DNA from: an uncultured Thermoleophilia bacterium
GTDB taxonomy: Bacteria; Actinomycetota; Thermoleophilia; UBA2241
Direction: 5' to 3'
Assembly (NCBI GenBank): GCA_963707335.1
Contig: CAVPQD010000016.1
Span: forward strand, 815-64,814
Length of the DNA: 64,000 nucleotides
The notes under the pieces are model-generated. The model made no database searches. It had not been told where the DNA came from and worked only from the letters and a program-made list of their open reading frames with translations. Shown piece after piece: positions 51,580-59,804 of the stretch. Within the stretch, counting starts at the first letter, position 1. Each line of letters begins with the position of its first letter. The position numbers and the translations under genes were made by a program.

Positions 51580-53661
51580 ATGCTACCGACGTTGCGCCAG
51601 CGCAAGGTCGCTCGCGTGCTGTTCGACGAGTATCACGGTGAGGCGTGGTCGATCCGGGCCGATGTCGTCCGCGCCATGCGCCCCGACCACCCGGAGGCCT
51701 CGTCCTACGGGCGGGCCGCCGCCGAGCTGGCCGAGCGCGACTTCGAGGTGGCGGCCCTCACCGAGCCGCTGAGCGCGGCGGCGCTCGTCGACGCCGATGT
51801 GCTGGTGATCGCTCATCCGAGCGAGGCCAAGTGGGAACGCACCGTCGGCGGCGGATCGCCGGTGTTCTCCGACGACGAGCTGCGCGCCGTCGCCGACTTC
51901 GTGCAGGACGGCGGCGGGCTCGTCGTGCTGGGCGAGACCGAAGAGGACAAGTACGGCAGCAACCTCAACGAGTTGCTCGCCCCCTTCGGCGTGCGCCTCG
52001 CCAGCACCACGGCTTTCGACTTCAGCGACGCGACGATGCCGACCTGGGTCCCGGCGCAGGCCGCGCTCGGGCTCGACGACCGCTCGCTGCTGCATCGCGT
52101 GCGGGAGGTGAAGCTGTACCGGGCCGGCACGCTCGAAGCGGACCATGCCGGCGCGATCGTCCTGCAGACCGGGCCCTCGGCGGATCCGCCGCTGGCCGGG
52201 CTGCTCGCCGCCGCGACGTACGGCGACGGCCGCGTCGTCGTCGTGGCCGATTCCGACCTCTTCGGCGACGACCACCTGCCGGACCACGATCACCGGCAGC
52301 TGTGGCTCAACGTGGTCTACTGGGCGGCGCTGGCAGCCTTCCGGTCGCCGCCTGAGCGGATCGTCTCCGAGGCGGCGACCCATCCGGCCTGGCTGCGCCT
52401 GCGTGACGAGACCAACGCGCTGCGGTCGATGGAGGGACCCAAGGGAGAGGTCGACCTGTCGAAGCACGATGGCGAGGAGGTGCGCGCCCACGTCGACGCC
52501 ATGGTCGACGCCATCGGCGAGCTGGCGCCGCTCTTCCCACATGAACAGGACTACCTCGCGCAGGTACAGCGCGACCTGCGCGCCTGGGTCGACGGCGGAT
52601 GCGGCAAGCCGGATTTCATGGCGTCGCTCGCGCTGTTCCGGCCCGAGCAGCACCGCATCGACGGCATCCAGCACCTTGTCGTGTTCCCCATGTACACGCC
52701 CAACGGCTCGCCCGACACGCGCTTCGAGGCGCTGATCGTGCGCACCCCGTGGCCGGAGTTCGTCGACACGCTCGAGCGCACGATGTTCGACAACCAGAAG
52801 TACGTGCCGGTGCAGCTGGTGAGCTATACGAGCGGCTATGAGAGCGAGTGCGCGGTGCTCTTCCCCGAGACGGTGAGCGTCGCGACGCGGCCCACCAACA
52901 ACTTCGGCGGCATCTTCTGCGACCGGGAGAGCGCGCGCTTCCAGTCGTCGACGGCGAGCGGCGCCGAGGTACTCCGCATCGTGCTGCCGCCCGACGCGCA
53001 GGCGCTCGTCGCCAACGGCGACCTGGCGCGAGAGACCTACATCCTGTGGGACATGATCCACGACCGCTGGCACAGCCACGGCGACCTGCCCTTCGATCCG
53101 TTCATGATCCGCCAGCGCCTGCCCTACTGGATGTACTCGCTCGAGGAGCTGCGCGTGGACATGGCGACCTACGGCTCAGCGGGCGAGCTCGTCCGCCAGG
53201 GCTTCCCGTTCGCCCGGTACGTCCAGTACGCGATCCTCTTCGACCGCATCCTGCGCTTCCCCATCACCGGGAACCGGGTGCGCAACTACGACGGCCTGGG
53301 CGGCCAGCTGCTCTTCGCCTATCTGCACCGCACCGGTGTGGCGCAGTGGACCGACAACCAGTTGCTCATCGACTGGGACCGGGTGGAGGACGGCGTGGCG
53401 GAACTGCGCGAGCAGGTGGAGGAGCTCTACCGGCGCGGCATCGACACGAGCAAGGTGTCGTACTGGATCGCAGCGCACGACCTCGTGGCCGAGTACGTCC
53501 ACCCCAACGTGGCCTCACAGTGGACCAGCGAGAGCCGTGTGTACTCGGACGAGTCAGATCCCAAGGCATGGATCGACCGGGTGCTGGACGACGAGTTCCC
53601 GCTGAGCGTCTTCTACGAGCAGCTCAAGAAGAAGCTGGCCGACGAGCCTGCTCATGTCTGA
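51580..53661 (+). CDS. Large conserved hypothetical protein (693 aa): N-terminal DUF4350/GATase1-like fold, C-terminal approx. 450-aa domain of unknown function (possibly DUF6421, from memory)
   Basis: RBS GGAGTAGGAGG then ATG 51580. The N-terminal region has DVLVIAHPSE...DFVQDGGGLVVLGE. The C-terminal region has the His-rich motif WDMIHDRWHSHGDLPFDPFMIRQRLPYWMYSLEELRVD. The stop overlaps the ltaE start (ATGTCTGA). Confidence 0.75.
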   Translation: MLPTLRQRKVARVLFDEYHGEAWSIRADVVRAMRPDHPEASSYGRAAAELAERDFEVAALTEPLSAAALVDADVLVIAHPSEAKWERTVGGGSPVFSDDELRAVADFVQDGGGLVVLGETEEDKYGSNLNELLAPFGVRLASTTAFDFSDATMPTWVPAQAALGLDDRSLLHRVREVKLYRAGTLEADHAGAIVLQTGPSADPPLAGLLAAATYGDGRVVVVADSDLFGDDHLPDHDHRQLWLNVVYWAALAAFRSPPERIVSEAATHPAWLRLRDETNALRSMEGPKGEVDLSKHDGEEVRAHVDAMVDAIGELAPLFPHEQDYLAQVQRDLRAWVDGGCGKPDFMASLALFRPEQHRIDGIQHLVVFPMYTPNGSPDTRFEALIVRTPWPEFVDTLERTMFDNQKYVPVQLVSYTSGYESECAVLFPETVSVATRPTNNFGGIFCDRESARFQSSTASGAEVLRIVLPPDAQALVANGDLARETYILWDMIHDRWHSHGDLPFDPFMIRQRLPYWMYSLEELRVDMATYGSAGELVRQGFPFARYVQYAILFDRILRFPITGNRVRNYDGLGGQLLFAYLHRTGVAQWTDNQLLIDWDRVEDGVAELREQVEELYRRGIDTSKVSYWIAAHDLVAEYVHPNVASQWTSESRVYSDESDPKAWIDRVLDDEFPLSVFYEQLKKKLADEPAHV

Positions 53662-54730
53662 GGCGACAGACCGGGCGGGGGCGGCGAGTCCCGCGGACAC
53701 CAGGCTCGCCGCCTTCGCCAGCGACAACTACGCCGGCGTGCACCCCGCGATCCTCGACGCCATCGTCGAGGCCAACGCGGGGTGGGCGCCGGCGTACGGC
53801 GACGACGCCTGGACGGCGGCCCTGGAGGAGCGCTTCCGCGAGGTCTTCGGGCCGCGGGCCCGGGCGTTCCCCGTGTTCAACGGCACGGGCGGCAACGTGA
53901 CGGCCCTGGGGACGCTGCTGCGCCCTTGGCAGGCCGTCGTCTGCGCCGAGACGGCGCACATCAACGTTGACGAGTGCGGTGCGCCCGAGCGCTTCATGGG
54001 AGCCAAGCTGGTCGATGTGCCCACGGGAGAGGGCAAGCTCACCCCGCAGCTCGTCGCGGACGCCGTCACGGGCATCGGCGACCAGCACCACGTGCAGGCG
54101 GCGGCCGTGTCGATCTCGCAGTCCACCGAGCTCGGCACCGTCTACACTCCCGAGGAGATCGGCGCTCTGGCCGGCGCGGCCCACGACGCCGGGCTGCTGG
54201 TTCACGTGGACGGCGCCCGGCTGGTCAACGCGGCCGTCGGGCTGGACGCCGAGCTCCGCGATCTCGTCAGCGACTGCGGCGTGGATGTGCTGACCTTCGG
54301 CGGCACCAAGAGCGGCTTGTTGGGCGCCGAGGCGGTAGTGTTCCTCGACGCCGGTCTGGCGGAGGGCTATGCCTATGTGCGCAAGCAGGGGATGCAGCTG
54401 GCCTCCAAGATGCGCTTCGTCTCGGCCCAGCTGTTGCGTCTGCTCAAGGACGACCTGTGGCGCGAGACGGCGGGCCACGCCAACGCGATGGCGCGCCGCC
54501 TCGCCGCTGGCCTCCAGTCGCTGCCGGGCGTGCGCATGGCCTACCCGGTGCAGGCCAACGCCGTGTTCGCGGCGTTGCCGGCGGAGGCGACGCGGCGTCT
54601 TCTCGAGAGCTACCGCTTCTACGTGTGGGACGAGCAGAGCGGCGTGGTGCGCCTGATGTGCGCATGGCAGACCGCGCCCGCCGAGGTCGACGGGTTCGTC
54701 GATGCCGCGGCGGAGGCGCTCACGCGCTGA
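53654..54730 (+). CDS. ltaE: Low-specificity L-threonine aldolase (beta-eliminating lyase family)
   Basis: Contains FASDNYAGVHPAILDAI, YGDD, HVDGARL and FGGTKSG (the PLP-Lys region). 358 aa. Confidence 0.85.
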   Translation: MSEATDRAGAASPADTRLAAFASDNYAGVHPAILDAIVEANAGWAPAYGDDAWTAALEERFREVFGPRARAFPVFNGTGGNVTALGTLLRPWQAVVCAETAHINVDECGAPERFMGAKLVDVPTGEGKLTPQLVADAVTGIGDQHHVQAAAVSISQSTELGTVYTPEEIGALAGAAHDAGLLVHVDGARLVNAAVGLDAELRDLVSDCGVDVLTFGGTKSGLLGAEAVVFLDAGLAEGYAYVRKQGMQLASKMRFVSAQLLRLLKDDLWRETAGHANAMARRLAAGLQSLPGVRMAYPVQANAVFAALPAEATRRLLESYRFYVWDEQSGVVRLMCAWQTAPAEVDGFVDAAAEALTR

Positions 54731-55472
54731 GCCGCGGCTCCAGGATGCTGGCCGCCTCGAGCGCAGTCGGGCAGGCCATGATGTTCTCCTCCGCGAAGAT
54801 GCTGGCAGGCGGCCAGCCGCTGCGTCGGATCAGGTCCGCCGCCCGCCGCAGGTCGTACTCGGTGCGGCGCAGTTGCACATCCGGTCCGAGCAGCGCCCAG
54901 TAGGCCGCCGGGCTGTCCTCGTAAGGCATGCCGACGCTGCCGGCGTTCACCACGCGGATGCCGTCCTGGCTTCTGTCGAACTGGCTGTGGGTGTGGCCGC
55001 AGACGATCGTCTGCTCCGCCACGCCGGCCAGAATGTCTCCGAGGCGCTCCTCGCTCGTCACCAGCGTGATGCTTTCCTCGTCGCTGAACGGCGAGCCATG
55101 GCAGAACAGCACGCGCCCCAGGCCGTCGATGTCGAGGGTGACCGTCGGGACAAAGCCCGTCAGGAACTCCCGTTCCGCTGCGCCGAGCTGGCCGGCGGCC
55201 CACAGGGAGCCCTGCGCCATCGGGTCGTCGCCGGCCGACGCACAGTCGGAGCAGCCGGAGACGGCAATGAGCTCCCTGTCGGCGTTGCCCATGATGTGGG
55301 CGACGGGCAGCCGCACATCCCGCAGCAGGGCTATGGTCTCGCGGGGGAAGGGCCCCGACGCCACGTCACCGCCGGTGACGAGCAGGTCGGGGGCTTCGCG
55401 CTCGACGTCCGCGAGGACCGCCTCGAGCGCGGGAAGGTTGCCGTGGATGTCGTAGAGGGCCGCGACTCTCAT
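54720..55472 (-). CDS. Metallophosphoesterase (YfcE/MJ0936-like)
   Basis: Begins MRVAALYDIHGN, with GGDV, GNAD and CGHTH motifs. An alternative ATG lies at 55484. Confidence 0.8.
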   Translation of the reverse strand: MRVAALYDIHGNLPALEAVLADVEREAPDLLVTGGDVASGPFPRETIALLRDVRLPVAHIMGNADRELIAVSGCSDCASAGDDPMAQGSLWAAGQLGAAEREFLTGFVPTVTLDIDGLGRVLFCHGSPFSDEESITLVTSEERLGDILAGVAEQTIVCGHTHSQFDRSQDGIRVVNAGSVGMPYEDSPAAYWALLGPDVQLRRTEYDLRRAADLIRRSGWPPASIFAEENIMACPTALEAASILEPRLSA

Positions 55473-55662
55473 GGGCGCTCCCATCGTCGTGCGTTGTCGG
55501 TCAATGAGACGGTTCCCGCTCCGGGCTGGGGCAAGACGGTGTGGGACCCAGGACCGACTGGGAGGACGGTGGCGAGCGGGCCGAAGCGGCGCCGTCATGA
55601 CGATCGCGGCGGCGTGAACCATGTCGGCGGGCGCCGAACCCCCGCCATGGTACGCTCGGGCG

Positions 55663-56382
55663 ATGCACGAGTACGACACGGTGAACGGTCTGGCCGCGGT
55701 GTTCGGCCTCGGCGAGGCCCAGACCGCGGCCCTCGAGCGCTACGTCGACGCCATCCTCTCCTGGCCCGGCAACGTGACGGCGCTGCGCGGCCGGGAGGAG
55801 ATCGTCGCCACGCTGCTCGGCGATTCGCTGGCGCTGCTGGACGTGCCGGCGCTGTCGACGGCCGCTGCCCCCTGGCTGGATCTTGGGGCGGGCGCCGGCG
55901 TTCCCGGCATCCCGCTCGCCGTGGCGCGTCCGGCCGCCGAGCTGACGCTGCTCGACGCGGTGGCCCGCAAGTGCGCCTTTCTGCGCGAGGCGATGAAGGC
56001 GGCCGGGCTGGAAGGACGCTGCCGTGTGGCGTGCGAGCGCAGCGAAGAGCACGCGGCTGCGGGCAGACCCGGCCGCGAGGCCTACGGCGCCGTGCTGGCG
56101 CGAGCCGTGGCGCCGCTGCCCGCGCTGGTGGAACTGGCGGCGCCACTTCTTGCGACAGGCGGCGTGCTGCTGGCCAGCAAGACGGCCGCCGCCATGGACG
56201 AGGAAGGTCCCGGCGCCGAGCGCGCCGCGGTCCGCTGCGGCCTCGCCGCCCGCCCAGTCGTGGCGCTGCAGCGCTCCCCGCTCCACGGCGCCGTGTGCGC
56301 CGTGTACGAGAAGATCGGGCCGACCCCGGCGCGCCTGCCGCGGCGACCGGGGATGGCCGTGAAGCGGCCGCTCACGGGCTGA
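55663..56382 (+). CDS. rsmG: 16S rRNA (guanine527-N7)-methyltransferase
   Basis: Contains LERYVDAILSWPGNVTAL, the SAM motif LDLGAGAGVPGIPLAV, and LLDAVARKCAFL. It sits immediately upstream of parAB. The start is ATG 55663, or alternatively 55621. Confidence 0.85.
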   Translation: MHEYDTVNGLAAVFGLGEAQTAALERYVDAILSWPGNVTALRGREEIVATLLGDSLALLDVPALSTAAAPWLDLGAGAGVPGIPLAVARPAAELTLLDAVARKCAFLREAMKAAGLEGRCRVACERSEEHAAAGRPGREAYGAVLARAVAPLPALVELAAPLLATGGVLLASKTAAAMDEEGPGAERAAVRCGLAARPVVALQRSPLHGAVCAVYEKIGPTPARLPRRPGMAVKRPLTG

Positions 56383-56454
56383 GTCGATGGCCGCCATCCC
56401 GCGGCTTCGCGCGGGCCCTTTCTGCTAGTATCGAGGACCGCCGAAAGGAGGCCG

Positions 56455-57216
56455 GTGACCCGCGTCATCGCCGTGACGAACCAGAAGGGCGGGGTGGGCA
56501 AGACCACGACCGCCGTGAACCTCGCCGCCTGCCTCGCGGAGGCCGGCCTCGAGGTGCTGCTCCTGGACATGGACCCGCAGGCCAACGCGTCGGCGGGCCT
56601 CGGCGTGCGGGCCGCGGACGCGCGGCTCACGACCTACGGCGTGCTCGGCGGTGCGGCTGGCGTGGGCGAGGCTACGGTGGCGACGGCCGTCGAGCACCTC
56701 TCGCTCGTGCCTGCATCGCCTGATCTGGCCGGAGCCGTCGTTGAGCTGGCCAACGCCAGCGGCAACGAGTACGTCCTCGACTATGCCGTGGCGGGCCGCA
56801 TCGAGGCCTACGATTTCGTGTTCATCGACTGCCCCCCGTCCCTGGGCGTGCTCACCATCAACGGCTTGGTGGCGGCGCGCGAGGCGCTCATCCCTGTGCA
56901 GGCCGAGTACTACGCGCTGGAGGGTCTGGCGCAGTTGCTGGAGACGGTGGGGCTGGTGCAGGACCATCTCAACCCCGACCTCCGCATCCTCGGCGTGCTG
57001 GTGACGATGTACGACGGCCGCACGCGGTTGGGCCGCGAGGTCGCCGGCGAGGTGCGCGAGCACCTCGGGCAGTACGTCTTCGACACCGTGGTGCCGCGGA
57101 ACGTGCGCCTCAGTGAGGCGCCGAGCCACGGGCTCCCGATCTCGCGCTATGATGCCAATTGCGCGGGCAGCGACGCCTACTTCGATCTCGCCAAGGAGGT
57201 CGTCTCGCGTGACTGA
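56455..57216 (+). CDS. parA: Chromosome partitioning ATPase ParA/Soj
   Basis: RBS AAAGGAGG then GTG. The deviant Walker A is NQKGGVGKTT. Also contains FIDCPPSLG and VPRNVRLSEAPSHG. Confidence 0.95.
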   Translation: MTRVIAVTNQKGGVGKTTTAVNLAACLAEAGLEVLLLDMDPQANASAGLGVRAADARLTTYGVLGGAAGVGEATVATAVEHLSLVPASPDLAGAVVELANASGNEYVLDYAVAGRIEAYDFVFIDCPPSLGVLTINGLVAAREALIPVQAEYYALEGLAQLLETVGLVQDHLNPDLRILGVLVTMYDGRTRLGREVAGEVREHLGQYVFDTVVPRNVRLSEAPSHGLPISRYDANCAGSDAYFDLAKEVVSRD

Positions 57217-58114
57217 GAAACGTGCGCTCGGCAAGGGCCTCGGAGCGCTCATCGGCGAGGGCAAGGCGGCCCTCGACAGGTCCGGCTCCGCCGGCGGTGA
57301 GGGCCGACTGCGCGAGGTGCCGCTCGATCAGATCGCCGTGAACCGGCGCCAGCCGCGCCACGCGTTCTCCCAGGAGGAGCTGGAGGAGCTGGCGGCGTCC
57401 ATCAAGGCGCTCGGCGTGGTGCAGCCGATCGTCGTGCGGCCGCTGGCCGAGGCAGTCGTGCCCGGCGCGCCCACCCGGTTCGAGCTGGTCGCCGGCGAGC
57501 GGCGTCTGCGCGCCGCGAAACTCGCCGGCCTGGATCACATCCCCGCGCTCGTACGCGCCGTGGGCGAGATCGAGTCGCTTGAGATCGCCTTGGCCGAGAA
57601 CGTCGCCCGCGAGGACCTGAACAGCATCGAGGAGGCGCAGGCCTACGCGGCGCTGGTGGACGAGTTCGGGCTGACGCACGAGCGCGTCGCGGAGCTCGTC
57701 GGGCGCAGCCGGGCGGCGGTCACCAACCTGCTGCGCCTGCTCGACCTGCCGGACGACGTGCAGCGCCTCGTCGAGACGGGCGAGCTGAGCGAGGGGCACG
57801 GGCGCGCGCTGCTGGCGCTGCCCGACCACGGGCAGCGCCGCAAGGTCGCGCGCCTGATCGTCAGCCAGGGCCTCAGCGTGCGGCAGGCGGAGGCCCTCGT
57901 GAAGCAGCTGTGCGAGGCGCCGGCCGAGGCCGCCTCGCAGTCGCGGCCGTCCCCCAAGGCCGAGTACGCCGACCTCCTGGACGAGCTCTACGGACTGCTG
58001 GAGGCGCCCGTCCGCATCCGCACCGGCAAGCGCGGCGGGACCATCCAGATCGCCTTCAAGAGCCAAGCGGAACTGGAGCGCCTCGTCGAGTTGCTGCGCT
58101 CGCTCGGCGCCTGA
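57209..58114 (+). CDS. parB: Chromosome partitioning protein ParB/Spo0J
   Basis: GTG 57209 overlaps the end of parA. Contains KRALGKGLGALI, NRRQPRHAFSQEELEELAASIKALGVVQPIVVR, GERRLRAAKLAG, and the HTH EEAQAYAALVDEFGLTHERVAELVGRSRAAVTNLLRLL. Confidence 0.95.
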   Translation: MTEKRALGKGLGALIGEGKAALDRSGSAGGEGRLREVPLDQIAVNRRQPRHAFSQEELEELAASIKALGVVQPIVVRPLAEAVVPGAPTRFELVAGERRLRAAKLAGLDHIPALVRAVGEIESLEIALAENVAREDLNSIEEAQAYAALVDEFGLTHERVAELVGRSRAAVTNLLRLLDLPDDVQRLVETGELSEGHGRALLALPDHGQRRKVARLIVSQGLSVRQAEALVKQLCEAPAEAASQSRPSPKAEYADLLDELYGLLEAPVRIRTGKRGGTIQIAFKSQAELERLVELLRSLGA

Positions 58115-58128
58115 CGCGGGTCGATCCG

Positions 58129-58151
58129 GGCGCGCGCCGAGGGCGCGCGCC
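58129..58151. terminator. 10-bp GC hairpin between the convergent parB and DUF2149-like genes
   Basis: ggcgcgcgcc-gag-ggcgcgcgcc followed by tt. Confidence 0.5.
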
Positions 58152-58162
58152 TTCCCATTACC

Positions 58163-58735
58163 TCAGGGGTTCGGCGCCGGCGTGATCGTCACGCCCGAGC
58201 TGGGTGTCGTGGGCGTGACGGTCGGCGCCGGCGTCAGTGTCGGGGTCGGGGTAGGCGGCAGGGGCGTCGTGCCCGGCGCGGGCGTGATGCCCGGTGCCGG
58301 AGTGACGCCTGGGGTGGTCGTCCCGCCCGAGAGCGCGGTCGCCGGCACGTACACGATGGTGCCGTCCGCCAGCTCGTAGAACGACCCGACCAGCGAGCCG
58401 ACGCCGCTCACCTGCGGCCCGGACGTGACGTCCAGCTGCTTGATCTGGTCACCATCCTTCACGACGACCTTCATGTCCGGCGTTCCGGGGTCGGTGACGA
58501 TCGTGACCTTCTCGCTGGTCAGGATCCCGGAGATCCCGAGCCCGGCCAGGGCCATGACGAGGAAGCCGACAGCCAGCACCAGGGCCGTGTCCCAGAGATT
58601 GACGAGGCCGTCCAGGGGATCGCCGTTGCGGTCGACACGGCTGATGCGCCGCCGCTTCATGTATTTCATGCGGCGTCCGGGCTCGTCCTGGACGGAGCCG
58701 AGGAAGCGCAGCGAGCTGTCGTCCATCAGGGGCAT
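58163..58735 (-). CDS. DUF2149-like single-pass membrane protein (ExbD/TolR-position partner) with a Pro/Thr-rich C-terminal tail
   Basis: Contains RRRISRVDRNGDPLDGLVNLWDTALVLAVGFLVMAL (basic N-terminus plus one TM). A small beta-rich ectodomain follows, then a TPGVTPAPGITPAPGTTPLPPTPTPT linker. The start lies 6 nt after the upstream stop. Confidence 0.7.
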   Translation of the reverse strand: MPLMDDSSLRFLGSVQDEPGRRMKYMKRRRISRVDRNGDPLDGLVNLWDTALVLAVGFLVMALAGLGISGILTSEKVTIVTDPGTPDMKVVVKDGDQIKQLDVTSGPQVSGVGSLVGSFYELADGTIVYVPATALSGGTTTPGVTPAPGITPAPGTTPLPPTPTPTLTPAPTVTPTTPSSGVTITPAPNP

Positions 58736-58741
58736 GGCGCC

Positions 58742-59800
58742 TCAGCGAGGCTCGGTGGACTCCGGCGCGTCGTCCGCCTTGGGCACATCGACGGGGCCGA
58801 GCTCGGCGAAGGGATCGTCGTCCGTGCGCCAGCTCCGGTCGGGGTCGTCGAAGGACAGCGGCGGCGAGCCGGCCAGGGTGGTCTCCGGTTCGGCCAGCCC
58901 CTCGACGGGCGCGTCCGCTGCGGCATCGGCGGACAGCTGCACGTGCTCGGCGGACGGCGGCTGCTCGACGCTGCCCTGTCCGCCCGGCGGCGCGCTTGTG
59001 AGAGCGTCCAGTCCGGCCGCAGCTCCCGCGTCCGCGTCAGGCTCCATGCCCGCCGCCATCGCCGCGGCGGACAGCTGCGACGTGACTGCGTCGTCCTCGG
59101 GGACCTCTTCATACGCCACGCCCGGCTGGGCGTCCCACCGGCCGTTCGTGTGCCGGCGCCGTCCCGATCCCATACGGGTGTCGTCGCCCTGAAGCAGCTC
59201 GAGGAGGTACTCCATGTCGCTGATGTCCTGCGAGTACATGCGGTCGCGCACGATGCTGACCACGAACGACACACCGCCGATGAGCAGGCCGAGCACCGTG
59301 ACCGAGAACGCCGTGACGAGGTTCTCTGAGAGAGCGGCGATGTCGCCCTCGGCAAGGCCCACGAGCGCCGGCGACAGCGGGATGAGCGTGCCCATGAGTC
59401 CCAGCATGGGGCCCAGGCGCGTGAGGATGCGGGTGCGGTTGAGCCGCCTCACGGAGTAGAACTCGTACTCCTGCAGGAGCTTGAGCGGCTTGGCCTCCAG
59501 GCGCTCGCCCTGGTAGTTGCGGATGAGGTCGTAGAGAAAGCGCACCACGACGATGGAGTAGGTGTTCTCCTGCAGGTACCTGTAGGCGGTGCGCGGCTTG
59601 CCGTCGGCGAAGGCTGTGCGGGCGCGCAGGGCGCGGGCCTGAAGGGCATCAAGATCGCGATAGCGGAAGCGCAGCCAAGCCTCGTACAGCATGGCGCCGA
59701 ACTCGATGAGCACCCACACCAGGCAGACGACGACGGCGATGAGCACCGGCCAGAGGAGCGCGCTCGAGATGTCGTAGATCGTGCGCTGAAGGTCGTTCAC
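58742..59800 (-). CDS. MotA/TolQ/ExbB-family proton-channel protein with an approx. 170-aa acidic, low-complexity C-terminal tail
   Basis: GTG at 59800. TM1 is LLWPVLIAVVVCLVWVLIEF. The conserved channel core is ILTRLGPMLGLMGTLIPLSPAL...AFSVTVLGLLIGGVSFVV. The start lies 4 nt after the upstream stop. Confidence 0.8.
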   Translation of the reverse strand: MNDLQRTIYDISSALLWPVLIAVVVCLVWVLIEFGAMLYEAWLRFRYRDLDALQARALRARTAFADGKPRTAYRYLQENTYSIVVVRFLYDLIRNYQGERLEAKPLKLLQEYEFYSVRRLNRTRILTRLGPMLGLMGTLIPLSPALVGLAEGDIAALSENLVTAFSVTVLGLLIGGVSFVVSIVRDRMYSQDISDMEYLLELLQGDDTRMGSGRRRHTNGRWDAQPGVAYEEVPEDDAVTSQLSAAAMAAGMEPDADAGAAAGLDALTSAPPGGQGSVEQPPSAEHVQLSADAAADAPVEGLAEPETTLAGSPPLSFDDPDRSWRTDDDPFAELGPVDVPKADDAPESTEPR

Positions 59801-59804
59801 GCGA

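Noticed and set aside
54702-56723. 673-aa plus-strand ORF spanning the metallophosphoesterase, rsmG and parA regions.
   Set aside because: It crosses three independently well-supported genes on both strands, and its translation is an Arg/Gly/Pro run.
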